Source of the DNA: a virus
Taxonomy: Duplodnaviria; Caudoviricetes
Strand: one strand, 5' to 3'
Length of the DNA stretch: 27,331 bases
IMG/VR virus record: IMGVR_UViG_3300045135_002598
Location: 1 to 27,331 of that record
The notes under the pieces were generated by a model. It saw nothing but the letters and a program-made list of their open reading frames with translations. It did not search any database and was not told where the DNA came from. The first letter of the stretch is position 1; every line of letters starts with the position of its first letter. Shown one piece after another: positions 8,864 to 16,622 of this stretch. A program made the translations under genes and the position numbers.

Positions 8864-9878
8864 ACCACAATGCTGCTCCTAATGCTGTTCCTCCGTCATG
8901 AGGACAAGGATCAACAAAAAAATTAATATTTTTAAAGTATTGAGTATACTTATAATTGTTTACACAATTTAAAAAATAACCTCCAGATAAAACAATATTT
9001 TTACAATTAGCAGAAACCAAAGCTCTTTCAATCAAATCTATTGTATATTCCTCTGTTACTTCTTGAACTTGTTTAGCAAGATCTTCATCACGCATACCAT
9101 CACTGTTTCCATATGAAGATAAACCCATTGCTTTACCTGATTCAACATGCTCTTCAATATGATTGTTTGTTTCAATAATACTTGTAGTTCCAATAGTAGA
9201 ACATAAATGATTAAATAAAAGACCAGGATTATATGACGAAGAAATAGTGTAATTACAAGTTTCATGTCTAAAGTTAGAATTGTACAAATGAGACTCAAAA
9301 GTTTTATCTTTAAATGATTTTATAATACTTTTTAATTTTACTTTATTTTCTGAATTTGTATTGAACGTAGAATATGCACCACAACTATATTTTTTATATA
9401 ATGGCTTTACATTTAAATTATTAATTAAATATACACTATCAACTTCTCTATAAATTTGAGGATGAGGAAAAAAGGTACAATGTTCAGGGTAAGGAAAGGC
9501 TCCTCCACCATCAATAGTAATACACAAAGCTTCATTAAAAGGAGCTAAATAAAAACCAGCAACTGCGTGATACATGTGATGTTCATTTCTATTAAAAAAA
9601 TAATTTTTAATATTATATTTTTTACAGAGACCTTTTATAATAAATTCATCTTCATCAATATCTGCGTTTTGATTACTAAAAAAATCCCTACACCATGAAG
9701 TAAATACAAAAAAATCATCAAAGTTTTTTATTTTTTTAAAACTTTTGTAATCAAAATCTATGTAAGAAGGAACCCAACGTTTTTTCTTATTAAAACGACT
9801 TTCTTCAAAAAACTCAATACTATCTTCTTTCTTAATACATATTGAAGAGTCGTGTGAAATATTTACACCGACTGTCAC
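8847..9878 (-). CDS. Carbamoyltransferase N-terminal (Kae1-like) domain, NodU/CmcH family
   Basis: 'G.N.SHDSS', 'EESRF.K.K', 'EHH.YHA...FY', 'IDGGG', 'GKAMGLSSYG', 'LSGG..LNC..N', 'DGGTALGAA'; GTG start. Confidence 0.92.
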   Translation of the reverse strand: MTVGVNISHDSSICIKKEDSIEFFEESRFNKKKRWVPSYIDFDYKSFKKIKNFDDFFVFTSWCRDFFSNQNADIDEDEFIIKGLCKKYNIKNYFFNRNEHHMYHAVAGFYLAPFNEALCITIDGGGAFPYPEHCTFFPHPQIYREVDSVYLINNLNVKPLYKKYSCGAYSTFNTNSENKVKLKSIIKSFKDKTFESHLYNSNFRHETCNYTISSSYNPGLLFNHLCSTIGTTSIIETNNHIEEHVESGKAMGLSSYGNSDGMRDEDLAKQVQEVTEEYTIDLIERALVSANCKNIVLSGGYFLNCVNNYKYTQYFKNINFFVDPCPHDGGTALGAALWYDNYK

Positions 9879-9881
9879 TAT

Positions 9882-10133
9882 TTATTTTGGCGTTTCACCT
9901 AACATATCTGCTAAAGAAGGAGCAAATACTTTTACATCTCTTCTTATTTTCTCGGCTGTTGTAGATGTCTCTGGATTATCAACATCAGCTTGAGCTGCAG
10001 CTTCTGACTCATACTCTGCACCCGTATCAACATTTGTAATAGTGGTCTCTGTTTTTACTTTATAATGCGGAATTTTTCTTCCGTCCTCAGTCGTAATATG
10101 ACCTAGTAGTTCAGCAGGTTCAACTATCGGCAT
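9882..10133 (-). CDS. Conserved phage hypothetical protein
   Basis: 83 aa; 'TN..TG.EY.SE..A.ADV.NP.T.T....I.RDV.V' pattern familiar from such tail modules; overlaps upstream gene. Confidence 0.7.
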   Translation of the reverse strand: MPIVEPAELLGHITTEDGRKIPHYKVKTETTITNVDTGAEYESEAAAQADVDNPETSTTAEKIRRDVKVFAPSLADMLGETPK

Positions 10134-10716
10134 CTTCTTTTCTCCAATTTATATTAAAACTAATAATAACTCTGTCCTCATTAGAATTATTTGTTTGTAC
10201 TTCATGTTGTAACCAAGATGGGAAAAAAATCAAGGAATTCTCCTTGGGCTCCCATTGTACGCTGTGAGCGAGGTGTATAGTAGCGTTATCCTTTTTAGGG
10301 GGAGAAAGCACCTCTGCTTGTGGTTTAGGCTCTAGAAACACAATATTTCCACACTTTTTAGGGGCTTTAAGATAAAATACACCTGATAAGTAGTTATAAG
10401 GGTGCGTGTGTACGTTATTTCGTGAACCTGGTGGATTTATCATACCCCACATCCCTGTCATCTCAGGATTGTAATTATCTTTGACATCCATGTGATTAAA
10501 GCAATCTTTTGCATATTTAAGAATATCACCTACTAGAGGTTTAAATTTTTTTATATTATGTATTTCATCATCACTATGCCAACCACCAATGTTAGACCGT
10601 GGCATACCTTTTTTGTCATTTTCCCGTATTTGATAAATGCTATCAACTAAATGTTCGTGTCCTTTTAATTCTAGCGAAAAGACGGGCGTAATAAATAAAG
10701 AATGAAGACTAATCAG
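10120..10716 (-). CDS. TIGR02466-type 2OG-Fe(II) oxygenase-like protein, probable CTG start
   Basis: 'SN.GGWHS', 'HTHPYNYLSGVFY', 'FPSWLQHEV', 'R..ISFN'. Frame stays open upstream of ATG 10605 to CTG 10716, adding the family-typical 'LFITPVF' N-terminus. Confidence 0.8.
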   Translation of the reverse strand: MISLHSLFITPVFSLELKGHEHLVDSIYQIRENDKKGMPRSNIGGWHSDDEIHNIKKFKPLVGDILKYAKDCFNHMDVKDNYNPEMTGMWGMINPPGSRNNVHTHPYNYLSGVFYLKAPKKCGNIVFLEPKPQAEVLSPPKKDNATIHLAHSVQWEPKENSLIFFPSWLQHEVQTNNSNEDRVIISFNINWRKEDADS

Positions 10717-11075
10717 AGCTGTCCTTTTGTGATCTCCATAAAACTAGCTATAACATGCACTTGATTGGCTGCGTTAGCTTGAACTTTCATAACATCACTT
10801 TCTTGTAAAACTAATGGTTGTGTTAGTAATTCTGTTGTTGTGTTTGTAGCAATACTTTTTTGTTTAAATAATTCAAAGGTAGCTGAGGATCTTACCACCT
10901 CTACATCCAGCAGTGTTGTGCTACCTGAGTCATTACAAACCAAAATAGATTTTACAACATTCGTTGTAGGTGGCACAGGGGGCGTTGCACCAGGATCTGC
11001 TGTTGGCACTGTAATTAAAGTTGTTAGATCTGTTGTAGTAACATCTAACATTGCGCTTTTAAATGTATTAGCCAA
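10713..11075 (-). CDS. Small beta-sandwich virion/tail-associated protein
   Basis: TTG start after GGAGG; 'MANTFK...VKSILVCND...PLVLQESD.MKVQA' pattern; Pro-rich insert PTADPGATPPVPP. Confidence 0.7.
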   Translation of the reverse strand: MANTFKSAMLDVTTTDLTTLITVPTADPGATPPVPPTTNVVKSILVCNDSGSTTLLDVEVVRSSATFELFKQKSIATNTTTELLTQPLVLQESDVMKVQANAANQVHVIASFMEITKGQL

Positions 11076-11235
11076 AGAAAAAAGCCTCCTGCTCTGATTC
11101 TGCTTTTATTTCACTTTGATAGTTTGTATTTAGTAAAAGAATTATTTGATCAAGTAAACTTATCATTTGATCAAATTGACTGGCATCGTATTCTGGTGTA
11201 GCGTTGGGTAATCTAGTTATTGTTATTTTTGACAT
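11068..11235 (-). CDS. 55-aa protein missing from the ORF track
   Basis: Own translation: MSKITITRLPNATPEYDASQFDQMISLLDQIILLLNTNYQSEIKAESEQEAFFFG*; TAATG coupling to the 614-aa gene; fills the gap exactly. Confidence 0.85.
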   Translation of the reverse strand: MSKITITRLPNATPEYDASQFDQMISLLDQIILLLNTNYQSEIKAESEQEAFFFG

Positions 11236-13079
11236 TATCTTCTTCCGTCTGGTCTAAGTTGTATCTTCGTTGAACCAAGTCTCCAAGGTGTATCACCTAC
11301 AGTATTTGTTTCGTATTTAATTTTCACTGCTCTACCTCTCCCTCTTACATCAATTTTCTCTGTTGTGCTACTAATAGTTCCTGATGTCGTCACCGTATCT
11401 GAGGATTGTGGATATTGTTCTAAGGTCAATGTAGCTGTCATATTGTTAGCCAAATTATCAAAATCTGGCACTAATTTACTTACCGACATCAATTCATCAC
11501 CATCTGCAATCTCCACTGAACCTGTTTGTAAAAAGGCCGAAATAGCCGTGCCATCTGCTTGATTATTACCAGTTTCTTGTTCATAAATAAAAGATGCACC
11601 CGCTGTTAAACCTAATATGGTTGATACGTTTGCTGTCGTGCTAGCGCTGTATTCGGTAGCAATCGGTAATTCATACACATAAGCACCGAGCCACGTAGTT
11701 CTACCAAGACTAACTGTGTACCATGTATTCTCTAGATAATTATAAGCAACACCTCTGTCTATTTGCGTTGCATTTGCAGAAGGATAATACCAAATAATTT
11801 CGTTGAATGCTGTATTGAGTCCCACTGCAATATCATTCTTATTGGTATAACTTATATCATCAAAAACATAATCCTGCACCGAACACGGCATTTTTTTGAC
11901 AACACCATCGTACATGTAAAACGCATCATCTGACATCCAATAGGCTCTACCATTAACCTCTATTGCTGCATGTTGTGCTATCAAACCGCAGTTTGCACCG
12001 AGTTGTCTAAGACCAAAAGTAAACGGAGTACCTACAAACTGTACACCGTGTAGTGATGTATCTGTCCAAACCAGTATTTGACCTGATGATTTTACAGCAC
12101 CTACTATTCTTGAACCATCAGATATTCTAAGTGACCCTGCTTCGTTTGTTGCAACTGGTGTATAATCGGTGGCGTCTTCTCTATCAGAAAATCTAAACAA
12201 TAAATCATCTTGCGTTGCTGGTGTGCCAATAGTTGTTTCCGTGCCAAATATAAGTAAATGTCTTGTGTCCGTAGATACCAAACTAAATCTGGAAGCTGTT
12301 GGAGCATTAGAGAGAGCTGTTGCTCTTGCGTCTATGGAACCAGAAATATCTTTTATGAAAGTTTTACCATTTAATACTGTAGCAATTAAATCTTCACCAA
12401 AATTATCTAGTGACCAGTTTCTCGCTGCCACTACAACACTAGACGAAGACCGCGGCTCGTCCCACGTTTCTGCACTCCACGTAGAAGTGCCCCATCCATA
12501 ACCGTAAGTAGAAGTAGATTCACCAACACTAATTTGATAATTAGCATTACCTGTCCCACCCCCACCTGCTGTAGATCCAGAAGCTGTGTCTGTGTGTGTT
12601 ACGGTGTACGTGCTTGCGCTTGGAACGGTAATGATTTCAAATTCATTATTCATGTCTAAGCCATCAATGGTAGAAAAAGAGTCAAAAGTTACAAAGTCAC
12701 CAACGGAAGCTCCGTGCGCTGCATCTGTTACGGTAACGGTGGTTGTACCATTTGTCGTAAAAGGATTTGTAAGTGAAGCTGTCTCTCTGATTGGTGTAAT
12801 GTCATACAAAGCCCCTTCGGAGAAAAGATACAATTTTCTATCTGTACCTAGAGCAAGATACCTAGTGCCATCTAAACCAATCCACGAATGCGTATCACGG
12901 ACCACGCCCACAACTGTTTTATTTGGATTTGGTAGATAAGTCCAGCCACCCCATCTTTCAGGTTTTCCGTAGTGAAAACGCACAAAATCTGAATCTGTAT
13001 AGCGTCTTTGATCTCCTGCTGAGTAAGCAGTATCTTGTTTGTCAATGCCTGGTTGGAACTTTAAATCTACTAATTTCAT
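11235..13079 (-). CDS. Phage stabilisation / tail nozzle protein (P22 gp10-like)
   Basis: 614 aa; 'F.PGI.K..T.Y', 'VRF..G.PE..GGW', 'WSLDNFGEDL', 'RFSD.E', 'YDG.V..MPCSV.DYVF', terminal 'WRLG......PDGRR'. Confidence 0.8.
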   Translation of the reverse strand: MKLVDLKFQPGIDKQDTAYSAGDQRRYTDSDFVRFHYGKPERWGGWTYLPNPNKTVVGVVRDTHSWIGLDGTRYLALGTDRKLYLFSEGALYDITPIRETASLTNPFTTNGTTTVTVTDAAHGASVGDFVTFDSFSTIDGLDMNNEFEIITVPSASTYTVTHTDTASGSTAGGGGTGNANYQISVGESTSTYGYGWGTSTWSAETWDEPRSSSSVVVAARNWSLDNFGEDLIATVLNGKTFIKDISGSIDARATALSNAPTASRFSLVSTDTRHLLIFGTETTIGTPATQDDLLFRFSDREDATDYTPVATNEAGSLRISDGSRIVGAVKSSGQILVWTDTSLHGVQFVGTPFTFGLRQLGANCGLIAQHAAIEVNGRAYWMSDDAFYMYDGVVKKMPCSVQDYVFDDISYTNKNDIAVGLNTAFNEIIWYYPSANATQIDRGVAYNYLENTWYTVSLGRTTWLGAYVYELPIATEYSASTTANVSTILGLTAGASFIYEQETGNNQADGTAISAFLQTGSVEIADGDELMSVSKLVPDFDNLANNMTATLTLEQYPQSSDTVTTSGTISSTTEKIDVRGRGRAVKIKYETNTVGDTPWRLGSTKIQLRPDGRR

Positions 13080-13095
13080 GTCGGAGTATACTAAA

Positions 13096-13881
13096 TTATT
13101 TATTGTTTTGTGGCAAGAATTGAGTACCTACGTTACCTTTAAATGAATAATTACCATAATGAGTCATACCACTTGCAATATCAGCATATATTTTACCGCC
13201 TATTTTCTGCCATAAACGACAAAAAGCATAATCTTCCGATAAATATCTTTTGGTATCTGGCTCTATCATCGTGTCAAAAAAAGTGTAATTCCATTTAGAT
13301 GTGTCATGATAATTAAAGGTTTTGTCGTGTGGAGCACCGATGTGTTGATCTGGTACAAATCGCAGCTCAGGATAAGCTAAAGCCATTTTTTTAAAAACAT
13401 TTCTTTTTATCAACATAAAACCTGTGGCTCCGTCTAATACTTCTATAAATCCTTTTTTCATCTCAATTTTTTTAGGATCTTTAACATTTAAATTATATTG
13501 CAAAGAAGCCGCATGTAGTTCGTCTTCTGATATGTCTGGATTTTCTTGTGCTCTTCTTTTTACTTTTGTCCAATCAATTGTTTTACGAGGATAGACACCT
13601 GTCACAACATCCTCATCTAAATCTAACATACGAAACACCGTCTCTGGATTAAAAGCAATATCAGCATCAATAAATAAAAGATGTGTGTATTGTGGTTCAT
13701 CCATAAACAATTGCACTAACGTATTACGAGCTCTTGTAATTAATGACTCATTACCAATCGTGCCAAATTGTAATTCTATTTTTTTAGTAGCTGCTAATGC
13801 TGTTAGTTGTAAAACGCTTTTAAAATAATCAGCCGTAATCATACCTCCATAACACGGCGTGCCTATAAATATCTTACTCAT
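13096..13881 (-). CDS. GT-A fold glycosyltransferase-like protein
   Basis: 'I.TPCYGG', 'ESLITRARN', DxD in 'LLFIDADI', 'GATGFMLI.R', 'LSEDYAFC', terminal 'H.G'. Confidence 0.8.
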   Translation of the reverse strand: MSKIFIGTPCYGGMITADYFKSVLQLTALAATKKIELQFGTIGNESLITRARNTLVQLFMDEPQYTHLLFIDADIAFNPETVFRMLDLDEDVVTGVYPRKTIDWTKVKRRAQENPDISEDELHAASLQYNLNVKDPKKIEMKKGFIEVLDGATGFMLIKRNVFKKMALAYPELRFVPDQHIGAPHDKTFNYHDTSKWNYTFFDTMIEPDTKRYLSEDYAFCRLWQKIGGKIYADIASGMTHYGNYSFKGNVGTQFLPQNNK

Positions 13882-14401
13882 GAATAAAGTTAGCCATTAC
13901 ATATCTTGGTGTTGAATTTCCCGCAAATTGTAAAGGACTGTGTATTATTTTTGAATCAAAAAAAATAGCTCTATTTTCTTTAAAACCTACATGCGTATTT
14001 AAAACACACTCCTCTTTAATCATTTCGTAAAAACCTGTTCCATTATTTATTAGTTTATCCCCCACCAAGTAAATCAAACAATTGTATATAGACCTATCAT
14101 TATGTGGTATTGCAGGGGTGTTAGGAAAACTTAAAAAATAATGTGAAATCATGTGTTTCACTGAAAAATTAAAATATTTTTTTATTTTTTTTATAACTTC
14201 ATGATACACCAAAGCATCTTCGTGTATTGAAACATGGTGATAATTACGTTGATAAATATGATTAGCAATGTCATCTGGACTATTTTCCTTAACTTCAGCA
14301 AACCTTGATTTAAAATTTAAGAGAACAATTTCCTTTTGTAATTTTACAAAAAAATCATTATCAAAAAAATTATCTTGAATATGTATGTTATTTTTCTGCA
14401 T
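13874..14401 (-). CDS. 2OG-Fe(II) oxygenase-like (DUF6445-like)
   Basis: 'DNFF', HxD (PHND), 'LIYL.G', 'NGTGFY', 'ENRAIFFDS...H', R; paralogue of 15274-15804. Confidence 0.7.
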   Translation of the reverse strand: MQKNNIHIQDNFFDNDFFVKLQKEIVLLNFKSRFAEVKENSPDDIANHIYQRNYHHVSIHEDALVYHEVIKKIKKYFNFSVKHMISHYFLSFPNTPAIPHNDRSIYNCLIYLVGDKLINNGTGFYEMIKEECVLNTHVGFKENRAIFFDSKIIHSPLQFAGNSTPRYVMANFIHE

Positions 14402-14660
14402 AATTAACAATTAAATATTCTATTTTTTTAACCCACCCTTTTGGTATAGCGATAGCACCGCCGCCCGAGACTTCATCTTTGTCTTTACTATAGGAGCGCA
14501 TAATAATTATTTTTTCAGGCCCATTATGAACCATCCATCCTACTTCTTGACACACGGCCAACGGAGCATCCATCACTTCTTTTATATCAAGCCAACCTGT
14601 TTCTGTATCACGGGCGTCTAACCACGTCACACGGACCATGGGCACTTTATTTATATCCAT
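14388..14660 (-). CDS. Conserved phage hypothetical protein
   Basis: 90 aa; 'V.V.W.DA....GW', 'C..VGW', 'IP.GWV.KI' small beta-barrel-like pattern. Confidence 0.7.
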   Translation of the reverse strand: MDINKVPMVRVTWLDARDTETGWLDIKEVMDAPLAVCQEVGWMVHNGPEKIIIMRSYSKDKDEVSGGGAIAIPKGWVKKIEYLIVNYAEK

Positions 14661-15287
14661 TTAATATTCTTTTCTTTTTTGATCATAAACAACATCAAAA
14701 TTTATAGCTACTGTAACTCTATTATTATTTGTAGTATTAGAACTGACAGAATGACGAGTTGCACCATCAAAAAACAAAACGGTTCCATCTTTAGCATCTA
14801 CTTGAACCATGTTGCTATAATTAGTATGTGTGTCAGTTTTTTTAGATAATATTGTATAATTATCAGTATAAAAAAAGAATTTACCATTTGATTTTTCAAC
14901 ATCCACAAAAAAGACTACGGCTAATTGCTGACCGTGTTCATGTGGTTGAGCATATTGATTTTTTTTGTACCAATTAATCCAACAGCTATTGACTTCTAAT
15001 TTAGGAATATCATAACCTTCTTCCTCAATAAATTTTTCTAAATATAATCTTATGTGGTTACATAGGTCATTTAAAATCTGATACCTTTGATGAGAGTTCC
15101 ACGCTGTTCTTTTAGCCATAACGTTACAAGCCTCTTCTGGCGAAGTATCATGTTTATGAATATTCTTGTTTTCTTCAACTAAAATAATTTGTTTAATTTG
15201 TTTTTTCCACTCTTCAAAATTTGGAAGCGTAAAATGAAAAACTTCTTGTGTGAAAATAGGCAATCTATTTATATTAAAATGCGCCAT
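14661..15287 (-). CDS. TIGR02466-type 2OG-Fe(II) oxygenase-like protein
   Basis: 'WIN.Y...QYAQPHEH', 'G.VLFF.G...HSV..N', 'RVTVAINF'. Confidence 0.8.
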   Translation of the reverse strand: MAHFNINRLPIFTQEVFHFTLPNFEEWKKQIKQIILVEENKNIHKHDTSPEEACNVMAKRTAWNSHQRYQILNDLCNHIRLYLEKFIEEEGYDIPKLEVNSCWINWYKKNQYAQPHEHGQQLAVVFFVDVEKSNGKFFFYTDNYTILSKKTDTHTNYSNMVQVDAKDGTVLFFDGATRHSVSSNTTNNNRVTVAINFDVVYDQKRKEY

Positions 15288-15804
15288 CTTTTTTCGTTAC
15301 CTCCCTATAAAAAATATTAAGTGTATATCTATTCGAGCTATCTCCAAACGATTGTAAATCTGAATGTGGTATTCTCATACCATTAAAAAATAATGCTCTA
15401 TTTTCTACAAAACCAATATGTGAAGATAGTTGATTATTGTACATAAAACCTGTGCCATTGTTAAGAAGCGGTTCGCCTTTTACAAACAGAAGAAAGTTTG
15501 CAACATTATTCTTGTCATCATCTACATGAAACAAAGGTTCTTCATTATTTTGTCTAGAGTGTGCACTAACTGATATTGGTTCAAGATTTCTATGCGGAAA
15601 AAAGTACTGCTTAATAAGTTTTAATAATGGATCATCATGAAAACTTCTGGGAAAAGTGTGCCTAAACCCATACACTCGACCTTCAGGATCAAGAACTTGT
15701 TTATAAGTTAAATTAGTTAACGTGTCTTGTAGTGACTTCAAGGTTTCTTTACCCAAGAAATCATCAACATACATAACAAACTTTGTTTCTTTATGATGCT
15801 GCAT
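15274..15804 (-). CDS. 2OG-Fe(II) oxygenase-like (DUF6445-like)
   Basis: 'VDDFL', HxD (FHVD), 'NNGTGF', 'HIGFVENRALFFNG..IPH', 'RYTLNIF'. Confidence 0.7.
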   Translation of the reverse strand: MQHHKETKFVMYVDDFLGKETLKSLQDTLTNLTYKQVLDPEGRVYGFRHTFPRSFHDDPLLKLIKQYFFPHRNLEPISVSAHSRQNNEEPLFHVDDDKNNVANFLLFVKGEPLLNNGTGFMYNNQLSSHIGFVENRALFFNGMRIPHSDLQSFGDSSNRYTLNIFYREVTKKDGAF

Positions 15805-16484
15805 TAGTTTTCTAGTGGTACTGGTTCGTCCTTTTTAATTAAATGTAAGTTAAAAGATACTGATCGTCGCTCTTCATTTGGTGTTCTAAACGGATATACG
15901 CCGTGTGCTAACCAATTTGGAAACAGGAAGATGTCGCCAACCTTTGGTGACTCTTGATGTTTGTGCCCACTAAACGTCGCCGCTTGACCATTGAACCAAC
16001 ATATGTCGCCCACTGTTGGATAGTGATCTTCTCTTGCGTATTCTTCTGGTAAACTTTTTGGTACACGTAAATAACATACACCTGATAATTGACCTTCGTG
16101 TATGTGAAAAGGATTAAAGTCTCCCGCCCACTGGCTCACGCACCACATTGATTCAATAACCATCTTACCAACAAACTCTGGTTTAATTGTTTCACTTGCT
16201 GGTGGTATGGAAATATAATTCTTTACCATCTCACCAATTAATTGCACCATCGGCATAAACTCTTCGGTGTTCATCCAGTCTTGAGGATACCTAACTTCTT
16301 GTTTAACATTACCTGCTAAGTTACCTGAGTGATCAAATTCTTTTGATAATTTCTCGTCTGTTAACATTTCTGTTGCTTTATCATCTAACATTTTAGTAAT
16401 AAAATTAGGCATTCTGCCTCTCATTATTGTAGGGCCAAACGGTCTGATTGTATCAAATTTTAAGACTTGTTCTTTTTTAGTCAT
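15804..16484 (-). CDS. TIGR02466-type 2OG-Fe(II) oxygenase-like protein
   Basis: 'W.VSQ.AGDFNPFHIH', 'LSGVCYL', 'FPNWLAHGVYPF', 'RRSVSFN'. Confidence 0.82.
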   Translation of the reverse strand: MTKKEQVLKFDTIRPFGPTIMRGRMPNFITKMLDDKATEMLTDEKLSKEFDHSGNLAGNVKQEVRYPQDWMNTEEFMPMVQLIGEMVKNYISIPPASETIKPEFVGKMVIESMWCVSQWAGDFNPFHIHEGQLSGVCYLRVPKSLPEEYAREDHYPTVGDICWFNGQAATFSGHKHQESPKVGDIFLFPNWLAHGVYPFRTPNEERRSVSFNLHLIKKDEPVPLEN

Positions 16485-16514
16485 GACATCCCTTTCATTC
16501 TTTTTAAATATCTA

Positions 16515-16543
16515 TTGTCATATAGCAAATATTTGCCTATAAA
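16515..16543 (+). promoter_or_regulatory. sigma70-like promoter for the internal-virion-protein operon
   Basis: TTGTCA 16515-16520, 17-nt spacer, TATAAA 16538-16543; spacer holds the perfect palindrome gcaaatatttgc (16525-16536). Confidence 0.6.
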
Positions 16544-16559
16544 TATAGGATTAAATACT

Positions 16560-16619
16560 AGGCTTAATTACAAGGCCAGCCTCCTTGCATTATATAACAA
16601 TCATGATTTGCAAAAGGAG
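16560..16619 (+). promoter_or_regulatory. Structured 5' leader (pseudoknot versus anti-SD helix)
   Basis: aggct 16560-64 pairs with agcct 16578-82; loop caagg 16571-75 pairs with ccttg 16583-87; alternatively ctccttgca 16581-89 pairs with tgcaaaaggag 16609-19, which includes the RBS. Confidence 0.5.
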
Positions 16620-16622
16620 AAC

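Noticed and set aside
4540-16520. Invertase-driven phase-variable segment
   Set aside because: No inverted repeats found at the block ends and no recombinase in the window.
16555-16620. SAM-V/SAM-II or preQ1 riboswitch
   Set aside because: Pseudoknot topology is similar but the conserved ligand-binding nucleotides were not recognisable; kept only as an unassigned structured leader.
16467-16622. 52-aa N-terminal extension of the 331-aa ORF
   Set aside because: Overlaps the divergent gene start and the promoter; the strong RBS marks ATG 16623.
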